A stretch of DNA of 64,000 nt from Acidilobaceae archaeon (GCA_038897215.1 JAWAWX010000001.1:864001-928000), one strand, 5' to 3'; counted from the stretch's first letter, positions 48,960 through 58,104 are shown. Numbers and translations are program-made. The notes: generated by a model not told the origin, from the letters alone.

Positions 48960-49220
48960 CTACACCACTATCTTGTCCAGGGAGGCTAGCTTAACTATAT
49001 TTCTATCCTCGACCTCGGATAGCGGTACCTCGCGTATACTCTCTACCCTTATGTGGCTTCTCTTCAGCTTATGCCTGCTACCCAGCTCTGAGTAGACTAT
49101 CTCTAGAGCGTCCTCTGGTCTCAGCGCTCTAACGTATCTCCTGAACTTTCTCCACTCGGGGTTTCTATCGTGCCCTATGAGCATGCGACCCTCTACCAGA
49201 TACGTCTTCACCTCAGTCAC
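48960..49220 (-). CDS. rpl18a: Ribosomal protein eL20 (L18Ae/LX)
   Basis: YSELGSRHKLKR. Confidence 0.93.
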   Translation of the reverse strand: MTEVKTYLVEGRMLIGHDRNPEWRKFRRYVRALRPEDALEIVYSELGSRHKLKRSHIRVESIREVPLSEVEDRNIVKLASLDKIVV

Positions 49221-49907
49221 CTACCCTCCACCCCCCAGAGCCGCCTGTATTCTAACTATCTCGGGGCCCGTGGTCTCAGAGCCTACTAGCGCTCCCTTAG
49301 AGTTCGCTACTAGCCCTGCTCTCACGAAGGAGACGCCGAAGTTGACTGTAGCCGTCGCTATCGGGACTCTGAAGTACTCCTCTAGGAGCTTAATCTCGTC
49401 TTCTGTAGCCTCGGGGCAAACCACGCCCCCCCTATTGGTTACTACTAAGACGGAGCCTACTACGTTGAAGCCGCCTATGCTCGCTCTCCTAACCTCTACT
49501 CCTAGAGCGTCCGATATGGTTTTAGCTAGAGAGTTGTCGAAAAACGGGTATATTATCGCTGCTCTGTCGTTTGCCGCTAGCAGGTTCCCGATAGCGTTTT
49601 CCGCCACGTCGACCAAGACTATGTTTATATCTCCAAGCTCTCTCTTTATCTTCTTCACCTCATCCTCCGGGACTCCTCTAGGCAGGATGAGACCGTTACT
49701 GTTCCCTCCAGCAAAGACCCCTATTAGCCTAGTGTTGAATAAAGTCGCTCTAACAACCCTATCTACTCTCAGCGTGCTCCTAACTAGCTCCTCCTCTTTC
49801 TCTGTAAGACTCGGGGGCACGAGAGCATAGTTCTCCGCTACGTGCATGTAGACTCCTATGTTGGGGTTACCGTCTACCGTCATCTTAGCGATCTCGAATC
49901 TAGCCAT
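49221..49907 (-). CDS. eif6: Translation initiation factor aIF-6
   Basis: GNPNIGV, TVNFG, GLVANSKG, TTGPE. Confidence 0.95.
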   Translation of the reverse strand: MARFEIAKMTVDGNPNIGVYMHVAENYALVPPSLTEKEEELVRSTLRVDRVVRATLFNTRLIGVFAGGNSNGLILPRGVPEDEVKKIKRELGDINIVLVDVAENAIGNLLAANDRAAIIYPFFDNSLAKTISDALGVEVRRASIGGFNVVGSVLVVTNRGGVVCPEATEDEIKLLEEYFRVPIATATVNFGVSFVRAGLVANSKGALVGSETTGPEIVRIQAALGGGG

Positions 49908-49929
49908 GGGTTGCTAATCCTCCCCTCTT

Positions 49930-50241
49930 CTAGCTGAGAGCTCCGGGTCTCGCTTCTCTTGGAGCGAGCTTTACTACAGCGACCTTCAGCGGCTCCTCTC
50001 CCTCTCTCTTCTCCTCCTTGAGTTCTACGAGAACCTTGACTCTCGCTGGAGGCTTTTCTCTCCCTCTAGACCAGATCAGGTTGTTTACCTCGTCGTAAAC
50101 GACTACTCTATCTGCTTTAGTGTGTCTAGCTATGAACTCTCTCAGTAGCCGGACGGCTCTATCCGCTCTATTGGACCTCCTGCCCCAGTACACCCTCCTC
50201 AGGTTGACCACGTAGACTATCCTCTCGGGCTTCTCGGACAC
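49930..50241 (-). CDS. rpl31e: Ribosomal protein eL31
   Basis: RADRAVR, WSRGREKPP. Confidence 0.95.
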   Translation of the reverse strand: MSEKPERIVYVVNLRRVYWGRRSNRADRAVRLLREFIARHTKADRVVVYDEVNNLIWSRGREKPPARVKVLVELKEEKREGEEPLKVAVVKLAPREARPGALS

Positions 50242-50245
50242 CTCT

Positions 50246-50401
50246 CTACACCTTCAGCTTGCTCCTCCTCCAGTTTCTAGCCGCTGGCCTCCAGGTCACC
50301 TTCCTCCTAGTCTTCGCTACTACCCAGATGGGTAGAGCTCTATTAGAGTCTAGTGCTGAAGCTAAGCGTAGCTTCCTCCCTAGAGGCTTGTTTCTAGCCA
50401 A
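50246..50401 (-). CDS. rpl39e: Ribosomal protein eL39 (51 aa, not in ORF track)
   Basis: TTG start: MARNKPLGRKLRLASALDSNRALPIWVVAKTRRKVTWRPAARNWRRSKLKV. Confidence 0.95.
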   Translation of the reverse strand: MARNKPLGRKLRLASALDSNRALPIWVVAKTRRKVTWRPAARNWRRSKLKV

Positions 50402-50411
50402 TCTCCTCCAC

Positions 50412-50768
50412 CTACTTTCTTCTAAACGTTATCTTGTACTCACGCCTACTCCTGCTATCCAGCTCGGCTAATAAACTCTTAACGAACTCCTCGTCAATAG
50501 GTGGAGTGAGCCTCCCAGCTGAGACCAGCTGTATTATGTAGTTCTCGGCTAGCTCTGCTAGCTCTGGCCTAACTAGCCTGATGTTCTCGAGTCTAGCTCT
50601 AGCCTCGCTCGTCAAGATAGACCTGAGGATAGCCCTCCTCCTCTCCTCTGCTTCAAGCTTCTTCTTCTCCTCCTCAGCTCTCCTCTTAAGCTCCTCCAGC
50701 TTCCTTCTCTTAAGCTCCTCTAGCTCTAGGGCTCCCGCATCTTCATCGAAGCCCGTAGAGTAGCTCAT
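50412..50768 (-). CDS. PDCD5-family dsDNA-binding protein
   Basis: LRSILTSEARARLENIRLVRPE. Confidence 0.93.
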   Translation of the reverse strand: MSYSTGFDEDAGALELEELKRRKLEELKRRAEEEKKKLEAEERRRAILRSILTSEARARLENIRLVRPELAELAENYIIQLVSAGRLTPPIDEEFVKSLLAELDSRSRREYKITFRRK

Positions 50769-51107
50769 AGCCTCTCCCTGCTCCCCACAATAGCATCTAG
50801 CCCTATAAATGCTCTAACTATCTCCGTCCCGCTCTAAGCCCTCTCTCCTAGAGCTAGTAGCGCTCCTACCCGGCTACCCTCCGTGGCCACAGGCTAGTCT
50901 AAGCTGGAGTCGAGAGCGCGAGACTTCTCTAGGCTCTCTCACAGAGTTCTCGGAGGGTCTAGCGCTATCCCGCATTTCAGAGTATAGAGATGTAGCGAGA
51001 TGCCTAGAGGCTCCTATTGAGGCTATAGAAGGCTGTGAAGGCGTGCCACGTGCTTCCGAGAGCTTTGCCTAGACGCGTGTCTCGCGTCGCCTGGTTGAGC
51101 GAGCGCT

Positions 51108-51569
51108 CTACGCGTACTTAGCTAGTTCAGGCTTTTCTCTAACCAGCTCTTCCGCAACCTCTCTCGCAACGCTGTCTAAGAGGCTTCTACCGCTCGGGCT
51201 GAGTGTTCTGCCCTTGCCCGGCACCTTGACTACTAGCCTTGCTCTCTCGAGTTGCTGGAGTATCTTTCTCACAGCTGAGCCCCCGCTAGGCTTGAAGTGA
51301 GGCGGGGCTGAGCCTCTTCTCTGCCTCCCACCGTATACTATCCTGAACGCGCCTACTCCCACGGGCTCTCCCGATTTGTAGAGCTTTCTCAGAATAGAGG
51401 CAGCCCTGTAGTACCACCAATCGGGGTCCTGCGGTGGTCTGTCTTTGTGCGGCCCTGTTTTAGCGAAGTACGCCCAGCTAGGCGGCTTTACTTGAGGATA
51501 CTTCTCCTTCAATACTTGAGCTAGTCTTCTGATCAGCCGGTCTGCTGGAACCCACAGAGCTGAAACCAT
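51108..51569 (-). CDS. rps19e: Ribosomal protein eS19
   Basis: PSWAYFAKTG, WWYYRAASILRK, YGG. Confidence 0.96.
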   Translation of the reverse strand: MVSALWVPADRLIRRLAQVLKEKYPQVKPPSWAYFAKTGPHKDRPPQDPDWWYYRAASILRKLYKSGEPVGVGAFRIVYGGRQRRGSAPPHFKPSGGSAVRKILQQLERARLVVKVPGKGRTLSPSGRSLLDSVAREVAEELVREKPELAKYA

Positions 51570-51572
51570 GCC

Positions 51573-51857
51573 TTATCTCCTCTCTGCACTCATAGACCTA
51601 GGCTTATATAGTATGAACGTTCTCCCTCTCACGTCGAGCAGGCGAGCTCCCACAGCTTCACTCACCATCTTGGCTAGCTCTTGTCTAGTAAGTCCTGTAG
51701 AGACTAGTGCTGACTTCAGGATCCGCACTTTAACTACTCCCTTCTTATCGAGTCTACTCTTGATCTCGCTGATGACCCCCTCTGTTAGACCCTGCTTGCC
51801 TATCTGGACGTCGCTAGGGCCGTGTACGCTCTCCGAGACTCTCTTCTTAAAGCTCAC
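51573..51857 (-). CDS. YhbY/CRM-domain RNA-binding protein
   Basis: QIGKQGLT, VKVR, RGRTFILY. Confidence 0.9.
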   Translation of the reverse strand: MSFKKRVSESVHGPSDVQIGKQGLTEGVISEIKSRLDKKGVVKVRILKSALVSTGLTRQELAKMVSEAVGARLLDVRGRTFILYKPRSMSAERR

Positions 51858-52204
51858 TCTAGAGCCCTCTGGTATCTCTTGTACGGACGCCTATGAATGT
51901 ACCCGCAGAGCTTGCATCTAACCACGAGGTAGGAGAAGCGCCTGCTCTGAGACCTGGCTCTAACTGTGCACGTGAGCCCAGGGATTAGGGGAGCTCTGCA
52001 GTTCTTGCAGATAGCTCTCTTCAGACCTCTGGGGAGCCTAACGCCTGCTCTCATAGCTAGAGTGACAGCGTATACTCCCAGCTCTCTGGCTCTCGCGTAG
52101 TCCCCTCTCCTAGCAGCTTCTACAGCCTGAGAGAGTATGATCTTCGCTCTCTGGCAGACTAGGTCTCTAAGCAGCCTCCTGACTTTCGAGGGGCGCTTCT
52201 TCAA
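51854..52204 (-). CDS. rnp4: RNase P protein Rpp21
   Basis: CKNC..LIPG, CKLCG. Confidence 0.92.
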   Translation of the reverse strand: MKKRPSKVRRLLRDLVCQRAKIILSQAVEAARRGDYARARELGVYAVTLAMRAGVRLPRGLKRAICKNCRAPLIPGLTCTVRARSQSRRFSYLVVRCKLCGYIHRRPYKRYQRALE

Positions 52205-53999
52205 TTCTCCTCAGCTGCCTCCTGTACATCTCAACTATCTCATCCTCTGTGGTAGCGTCTTCTGGACTCTTATCGGGCCTCCATCTGATGAATCTAGGGA
52301 ATCTAATCGAGATCCCCACGTCAGCCTTCACTACATCCAAACCGCAGGTGTGCATTGGCGAGAGAGTCAGCTCTGCTCCAAGTATCTCCGCTACGAATCT
52401 AGGCTCAATCCAGACGTCTGGCTTCAGCTTGCTCACTACTCTAGCGTGCTTGTGGGGGATCACGTAGGGTTTCAGCATCTCGTTCATCTTATCTAGCTCC
52501 TCGTCTGTAAACCCTGTAGCTACCTTGCAGACAGTCTTGAAGACATCTGCTCTCGGGTCGTATGCAGCCATGAGGAGACTGCTGAGCTTCCCTCCGCGCT
52601 TCCCCTTACCATAGAATGCTCCGACAACAACCAGGTCTACGGTGTCTATCATCTCGCTCTTGTAGTCTCTCTTGAATTTAACCCAGAGCCATCCTCTGAC
52701 TCCAGCTGTGTAGACGCTGTTATCGTGTATAGCTTTAATCATCAGCCCCTCTGCTCCCTCGGATATCGCTTCGTAGAAGAAGCTCATTATGCTCGAGGCG
52801 CTATCTGTCACCACGTTTCTGGCTATAGCCCAGTTTTCATCCTCTACTATGATGCTCTCCAGGTACTGTCTCCTCTCTAGGAGAGGTTTGACTGTCAAGT
52901 CTACTCCGTCGACGTAGAGAGCGTCGAAGAGGAACACCTTGACTGGAACTTCTTTCATCACCTTGTCTATCTCGTGCTTCCTCTTCCTCTGCATGAGCTC
53001 CTGGAATGGCTTCAAGTCGCCTGTCTCGGGGTCGTACGCGACTATCTCTCCCTCTATTATGGCTTCTCTAGCTCTGATTCCTCTCCTAGCGTACTCCACG
53101 ACGTCGGGGAACATCCTGGTTATGTTCTCCAGCCTCCTCGAGAATATTCTCACCTCCTCCCCCATCTTGTGTATCTGAGCTCTCTCTCCGTCGTACTTGA
53201 ACTCTACGAGAGCTCTGCCGCCGACTTTCTCCATGACCTCCTCGATGTCTTTGCCTCGCTCTGCGAGCATGGGTCTTATGGGCACGCCAGGCTGGGGCGT
53301 GATGTGCTGAAGAGCACTTACTCCCTCTCGCGCCACGATTTTAGCTATTGCTCCCAAGTCTGCTCTCAGATTGTACGCTCTCTCCACGATAGGCCTGGCT
53401 GATGAGCCTCCACCGAATGCTACAGCTAGAGCGTCTAGTATCGTGGCGTCTCCAACCCCTAGCCTCAGCCTCCCCTCCACGAATCTGACTATGTACTTCG
53501 CCTCGAGAGGCTCGGCGTCAGCAAGAAGCCCGGCGAGCAAGCGGATCTTGACGTCCTTGCTCCCCTCACCCGTAGCCTCTGCTACCCTACGTAGAGTATC
53601 GAAGACTCTCGTCACAGTGAGTTTTCTCTGCTGCCCTCCGACGAAGAGCTCTAGCCCCGAGGGCTTCTGCCTAGACTGCCTAGAGAGCCTCTCAGCCAGG
53701 GACCCCATATCGCCCAGCGATTTGAAGAGCTTCTCTACAGTGTCGACAGACACTCTGTAAGCTTGAGCTAGAGAAGCTAGTAGCATCTTCTCTCCTACGC
53801 CGAGCTCAGGAATATCCATCCAATCGGGGCCCAGCTTGCCCTGGATTAGGTAGACGACCTTGTCTATCACCTCTGGAGGAGAAGCCTTGAAGAGCTTCAC
53901 TAGAATCAGCGCTAGCTGAGTCCTAGCGCTAACTCTCTCCAGACTCTGGAAAACCTCAGCGACCCTAGAGAACTCCATGTCTGCAACCGGCCCGCTCAC
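52167..53999 (-). CDS. lig: ATP-dependent DNA ligase
   Basis: PMLA, EFKYDGER, EGLMIK, WVKFK, SIRFPRF. Confidence 0.97.
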   Translation of the reverse strand: MSGPVADMEFSRVAEVFQSLERVSARTQLALILVKLFKASPPEVIDKVVYLIQGKLGPDWMDIPELGVGEKMLLASLAQAYRVSVDTVEKLFKSLGDMGSLAERLSRQSRQKPSGLELFVGGQQRKLTVTRVFDTLRRVAEATGEGSKDVKIRLLAGLLADAEPLEAKYIVRFVEGRLRLGVGDATILDALAVAFGGGSSARPIVERAYNLRADLGAIAKIVAREGVSALQHITPQPGVPIRPMLAERGKDIEEVMEKVGGRALVEFKYDGERAQIHKMGEEVRIFSRRLENITRMFPDVVEYARRGIRAREAIIEGEIVAYDPETGDLKPFQELMQRKRKHEIDKVMKEVPVKVFLFDALYVDGVDLTVKPLLERRQYLESIIVEDENWAIARNVVTDSASSIMSFFYEAISEGAEGLMIKAIHDNSVYTAGVRGWLWVKFKRDYKSEMIDTVDLVVVGAFYGKGKRGGKLSSLLMAAYDPRADVFKTVCKVATGFTDEELDKMNEMLKPYVIPHKHARVVSKLKPDVWIEPRFVAEILGAELTLSPMHTCGLDVVKADVGISIRFPRFIRWRPDKSPEDATTEDEIVEMYRRQLRRIEEAPLESQEAA

Positions 54000-54047
54000 A
54001 GAGCCCCCTCCTAGAGAAAATCTAGCACACCAAACCTAAAGGAGAGA

Positions 54048-54109
54048 GGAGCTCGGCGCTTGCACTCCTCGGTCACAGGGGTCCCAGCGCGCGGACTCCT
54101 CACAGCCCC
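54048..54109 (-). ncRNA. Probable box C/D sRNA just downstream of tRNA-Leu
   Basis: Stem GGGGC/GCTCC; C GTGAGGA and D CCGA at the usual spacing; internal D'/C' boxes degenerate. Confidence 0.45.
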
Positions 54110-54139
54110 CCAGTTACCCAGCCTGACCGCGCAATAGAG

Positions 54140-54227
54140 TGGTGCGGGGGGTGGGATTTGAACCCACGCAGGCCTACGCCATCGGGTCCTGAGCCCGACC
54201 CCTTTGACCAGGCTCGGGCACCCCCGC
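54140..54227 (-). tRNA. tRNA-Leu(CAG), intronless, CCA encoded
   Basis: GCGGGGG acceptor stem, anticodon arm TCGGG-CTCAGGA-CCCGA, long variable arm, GGTTCAAATCC, ACCA end. Confidence 0.97.
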
Positions 54228-54287
54228 ACTCTACCCTCTAGCTGGTGACCTCTGACTCAACCTTGTGTCTGATATCGAGCCCAAGAG

Positions 54288-54301
54288 CCTTATAAGCTTT
54301 C
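54288..54301 (-). promoter_or_regulatory. BRE/TATA promoter of tRNA-Leu
   Basis: GAAAGCTTATAAGG on the minus strand. Confidence 0.65.
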
Positions 54302-54538
54302 AAGCATTAGCAGACTAAACGAGAGCACGCTAAGCAGATGCTCGTTCTCAAGCCTAGATAGCATCCACTAAGAGAGTAGACCGTAACCACTAGCACGATA
54401 ACGCGAGCTCTCCGAAGATTCGAGCCTCCACTAACCCTCCGCAGCTCTAGCCCTATAGTCATCTAAAGCTCCTGAATAGCATCCACTCACAGCACTACGC
54501 TAGAACGTGCCCCTAAAGCAGAGAGAACACAGAAGAGT

Positions 54539-54863
54539 AGCGGAGGCGAGCACCCCCAAAGGTTCGAACAACCAGACCCCCCACCCCCGGGCCCGGTGGG
54601 CTTGGGGGTGTGTTAGAGAAGATAGCTAGAGGAAAGCCTCTATATAGCAGAAGGCCCCACAACCTGCAGGGCTCGGAGGTACTCGAGAACCCAAGGCTCC
54701 AGCATGAGCCGGAGCCCCGGATTCCCGGATACCTCCGGCCTCCTCACGGCTGTGGAGCCTTCTGCTATATAGAGGCTTTCCTCTAGCTATCTTCTCTAAC
54801 ACACCCCCAAGCCCGAGCGGGGGGTCGTGGTCCCCGCGGGCTTTGGGGGTGCTCGCCTCCGCT
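54539..54863. repeat. Nested quasi-palindrome (foldback/MITE/REPIN-like element)
   Basis: Perfect 23-bp IR 54539-54561/54841-54863; perfect 58-bp IR 54598-54655/54757-54814; imperfect pairing continues to a 10-nt central loop at 54701-54710. Confidence 0.92.
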
Positions 54864-54949
54864 TCTTTTTTGCTTTCTGGGTTAAAGAGGGAATAGGCTG
54901 GTGTTACTGTTTGCTGGTATTTAGCGGCGCTAGTATATAGGGTTTTGTT

Positions 54950-55351
54950 TTAGTATACGTAAGCTATTAGGATGCCGCCTATTCTTCTAGCTATTGCTTC
55001 TTTGTGTGACATCACACCGCGGTCTGTGGAGAGTATGAGTATCCCTATGTCTCTGCTTGCTAGGTACTTCTTCAGGTGGTCTGGCATTCTGAGGAGCTCT
55101 CGGTAGGTCGCAGAGAATCTGGGCTTCACTACTCCGCAGTCGTTCACTCTGCCTAGGAGGTGGACTCTGAACTTGCCGAATCTACCGTCGTCTATGTACT
55201 CGAACTCGCCTATGTATCCTTCTCTCTGCATTACTCTAAGCACGTTGGCTATGAGCTTCGAGGCCGGCATTATTATTGCTTCTCTCTTTCCCCTCATCTC
55301 CGCGTTCTTTATCGTGGCCATCGCGTTAGCTAGAGTGTCTAGCATCACCAC
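54950..55351 (-). CDS. rps8: Ribosomal protein uS8
   Basis: [34 protein letters not shown]. Confidence 0.97.
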   Translation of the reverse strand: MVMLDTLANAMATIKNAEMRGKREAIIMPASKLIANVLRVMQREGYIGEFEYIDDGRFGKFRVHLLGRVNDCGVVKPRFSATYRELLRMPDHLKKYLASRDIGILILSTDRGVMSHKEAIARRIGGILIAYVY

Positions 55352-55363
55352 GGCTCTCTCACC

Positions 55364-55528
55364 CTAATCGTACTTCTGGAAGCCAAGAGTGTAGGCTATC
55401 TCTCTGAAGCACTGTCTGCACACGAAGAGACCGTATTTCTGTATCACTGCGTCTCTCGACCCGCATCTCTGGCATTTCTGAGCTCCTCTCCCCATGGTTT
55501 TGGGTGTTGGAGGCTTGAATTTACCCAT
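55364..55528 (-). CDS. rps14: Ribosomal protein uS14 (54 aa, Zn-binding, not in ORF track)
   Basis: MGKFKPP...CQRCG...KYGLFVCRQCFRE. Confidence 0.96.
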   Translation of the reverse strand: MGKFKPPTPKTMGRGAQKCQRCGSRDAVIQKYGLFVCRQCFREIAYTLGFQKYD

Positions 55529-55539
55529 CTCTCACACCC

Positions 55540-56127
55540 TTACACGAAGGTTACTCCGAAGAGTTGGTTTAAAAGCACCATGGTCTCCTCTCTCGTGACC
55601 ACCTTGTGTCTCCTGGGAGCTCTGGACCTAGCTCTTCTCCTCCTAGCTACCCTCATGCCCGGTCTCTCTATCGTTATGCAGACGTCGAAGCCCCATATGC
55701 CTATCTCCGGGTCGTACTTGACTCCTGGCACTTGGATGTGCTCTTTCACACCGAAGGATATGTTTCCATGCTCGTCTATGCTGGAAGCCTTGAGCCTATA
55801 GCCTACAGCCTCCAGGACTCGCTTCAGCACCTCGAGCGCTTTCTCTCCTCTCAGCGTCACGGTAGCGCCTATGTTCTCTCCTCTCTTTATCCCAAACGCT
55901 TTGATAGTCTTCTTCGCTCTCCTAGGCACAGGCTTTGCTCCAGTAATGGACTCCAATACTTTGAGTGCTTTGAGTAGCCTCTCTCCGCTCTGCCCAACGC
56001 CTATGTTTAGAGTCACCTTAGCTATCCTCGGCTTCCTCATAGGCTGCCTGCTCCAGCTCTCTAGGATCCTGTTGACCTCCTCCTCTGTTAGAGGCAATCC
56101 TTTTTGAAGCATCTGCCCTGAGCTCAC
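55540..56127 (-). CDS. rpl5: Ribosomal protein uL5
   Basis: [26 protein letters not shown]. Confidence 0.97.
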   Translation of the reverse strand: MSSGQMLQKGLPLTEEEVNRILESWSRQPMRKPRIAKVTLNIGVGQSGERLLKALKVLESITGAKPVPRRAKKTIKAFGIKRGENIGATVTLRGEKALEVLKRVLEAVGYRLKASSIDEHGNISFGVKEHIQVPGVKYDPEIGIWGFDVCITIERPGMRVARRRRARSRAPRRHKVVTREETMVLLNQLFGVTFV

Positions 56128-56891
56128 CTCCAGACGCCCTCCGGTAGGCTTATGAGAGGCTTATCGGAGCCTATCACCATTATGTACTCCAGGATCGTCT
56201 GGAAAGACTGGCCTCTAGCGTCCTCTAGCGTGACTATACTCCTAGCCTTCTTCCAGGCGCTCCACTGTATGCTCTTGACTACTCCGACTCTTCCAACTAG
56301 TCTACCTCCTATGACGATAGCTATAGCTCCCTCTCTGAGAGGAACGTAGCTCTTGATTTCCTGTTCTGGAATAGTTATGAGTAAGCTCGCTCTAGTCTCG
56401 TAGAGAGCTCCCTCTGCTGGTCTCCTCGGATCGCTTACTCTCACTAGTATGTTCCTACCGTCGTGGAGATGGAGCTGAATATGCCCTCCTCTAACGGTAG
56501 ACTTGTCCTCTATCCTGACAATCTTCAGTCTAGCCTCCTCTCTGCTTATGGGGTGAAGCGTTAGGAAGGTTGTGGGAGCGGGGAGAACCCTGTAGGCTTC
56601 TCCAGTCTTAGGTATCTCTAGTACATCCATAGGGCCTATAGGGAACTTGTAGTCTTTCCGCACCACGCCATCGACCTTGAAGTGCCCCTCTGCTATTAGC
56701 TTCCTAGCCTCTCTCGAAGTCTTAGCGTAGCCGAGGAGGTCTCTGACCACGATTAGTAGAGGCAGGCTTCTCTCAATGGGGTGAGGTCCTGGAGAGGGCT
56801 TGACTGTCCACTTGAACTCCTTCCTCTTGATAGGCCACCATGCTGGAGCAGCTAGAGCTTTGAGGTGGCGGCTACCACCGATTCTAGCCAT
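56124..56891 (-). CDS. rps4e: Ribosomal protein eS4
   Basis: [20 protein letters not shown]. Confidence 0.97.
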   Translation of the reverse strand: MARIGGSRHLKALAAPAWWPIKRKEFKWTVKPSPGPHPIERSLPLLIVVRDLLGYAKTSREARKLIAEGHFKVDGVVRKDYKFPIGPMDVLEIPKTGEAYRVLPAPTTFLTLHPISREEARLKIVRIEDKSTVRGGHIQLHLHDGRNILVRVSDPRRPAEGALYETRASLLITIPEQEIKSYVPLREGAIAIVIGGRLVGRVGVVKSIQWSAWKKARSIVTLEDARGQSFQTILEYIMVIGSDKPLISLPEGVWR

Positions 56892-56893
56892 AG

Positions 56894-57313
56894 CTATCCA
56901 CCACTCTGACTCTTAGACTGCTCCTCGCTACGGCTTTTAGACCTCCTCTCTATGATCTTCTGCCTCCACTTATCGCTTAGGTCTAGCTCTACTATCATGA
57001 CTTTGCTTGGGTGGATTGGGACGAATCTAGGAGTCCCGTCGGCTCTCTTCACGACTGCTCCCTCCACGTGAATCCTGGCTCTCTTGAGGTCTACCTCGAC
57101 AACCTTGCCCACGTGTCCTCTAAACTTGCCTCTCATTATCATGACTTTATCGTTTACTCTCACGGGGAGATTCCTCACTCCATACTTCTCTCTCAGCTCT
57201 TTGCTAAGAGGAGCTGAGAGAAGCTTGTGTCTAGCGTGTAGAGGGGCTTCGCGAAGAGCTCTCCTCTGTTTTCTAGGCTGAGAGCTAGCTGTCAGCACAG
57301 CCAACTCTACCAC
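56894..57313 (-). CDS. rpl24: Ribosomal protein uL24
   Basis: [20 protein letters not shown]. Confidence 0.96.
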   Translation of the reverse strand: MVELAVLTASSQPRKQRRALREAPLHARHKLLSAPLSKELREKYGVRNLPVRVNDKVMIMRGKFRGHVGKVVEVDLKRARIHVEGAVVKRADGTPRFVPIHPSKVMIVELDLSDKWRQKIIERRSKSRSEEQSKSQSGG

Positions 57314-57314
57314 C

Positions 57315-57746
57315 TCACACTATCATTGTTGCCAGCTTGGCTATTCTAGGCCACCTCTCGGCTGCCTCCTTGGCTACAGGCCCTCTGATCTCCGTGCCTC
57401 TAGGGCTCCCGTCGGGGTTGACTATGATTGCCGCGTTGTCCTCGAAGGAGACCCAGTAGCCTTCTGGTCTCCTGTAGGGCTTCTTCTGCCTAATTATGAC
57501 AGCGTAGACAACCTGTTTTCTGAGCTGAGGAGTCCCCTTCTTCACAGAAGCTACTACAAGGTCTCCGACTCCAGCATCGGGGACTCTCCTAAGCCTGGTC
57601 TTGACTAGCGGGACGTTTATAATCATGATCTCCTTGGCTCCAGTGTTGTCGGCTACAGCTAGCCTGCTACCTACCTGTAGCCCTGTGCTGACTCTAGTCA
57701 TCGATGTAGTCATAACGTACTTCTTCGTCTTAGCCACTGCTCTCAC
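57315..57746 (-). CDS. rpl14: Ribosomal protein uL14
   Basis: [25 protein letters not shown]; start may be GTG 57737. Confidence 0.97.
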   Translation of the reverse strand: MRAVAKTKKYVMTTSMTRVSTGLQVGSRLAVADNTGAKEIMIINVPLVKTRLRRVPDAGVGDLVVASVKKGTPQLRKQVVYAVIIRQKKPYRRPEGYWVSFEDNAAIIVNPDGSPRGTEIRGPVAKEAAERWPRIAKLATMIV

Positions 57747-58104
57747 CCGCTCTCCTGACTACACCGACTATCGAGAATCTAACAGTCTTCGATATAGGTC
57801 TGCACTCGCCTATAACCACTACGTCGCCCGAGCTTACTCTAATGCAGTCCGGCTTGTGCACGTGAATCTTCCTCCTCCTCTTCTCATACCTCTTGTATTT
57901 GCTATCGTAGTGTAGGTACTCGTGGACGACTACGGCTGTTCTTTGAGCTCTCACCTTCTCCACGACCGCCTCTAAGATCACGCCTCTAATCCTTAGAGTG
58001 CCGTGCCAGGGGCAGTTTTTATCCTGGCATGTAGTCTCGGGGGGCGTTACCCCCGGTATCTTGAGATTCTTGACTGGCTTAGGCGCTGGCACTACACCTC
58101 TCAC
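57730..58104 (-). CDS. rps17: Ribosomal protein uS17
   Basis: DKNCPWHG, KYKRYEKR, ECRPISKT. Confidence 0.97.
   Translation of the reverse strand: MRGVVPAPKPVKNLKIPGVTPPETTCQDKNCPWHGTLRIRGVILEAVVEKVRAQRTAVVVHEYLHYDSKYKRYEKRRRKIHVHKPDCIRVSSGDVVVIGECRPISKTVRFSIVGVVRRAGESSG

Noticed and set aside
54011-54229. 72-aa ORF
   Set aside because: It is a translation of the tRNA-Leu gene and its trailer.
54313-54462. ~50-codon minus-strand ORF (MTIGLELRR...)
   Set aside because: No SD, no recognisable motif, lies in atypical non-coding composition.
54230-54949. CRISPR array/leader or tRNA-integrated element
   Set aside because: No repeat-spacer periodicity, cas genes, integrase or duplicated tRNA fragment; the element is on the 5' side of the tRNA.
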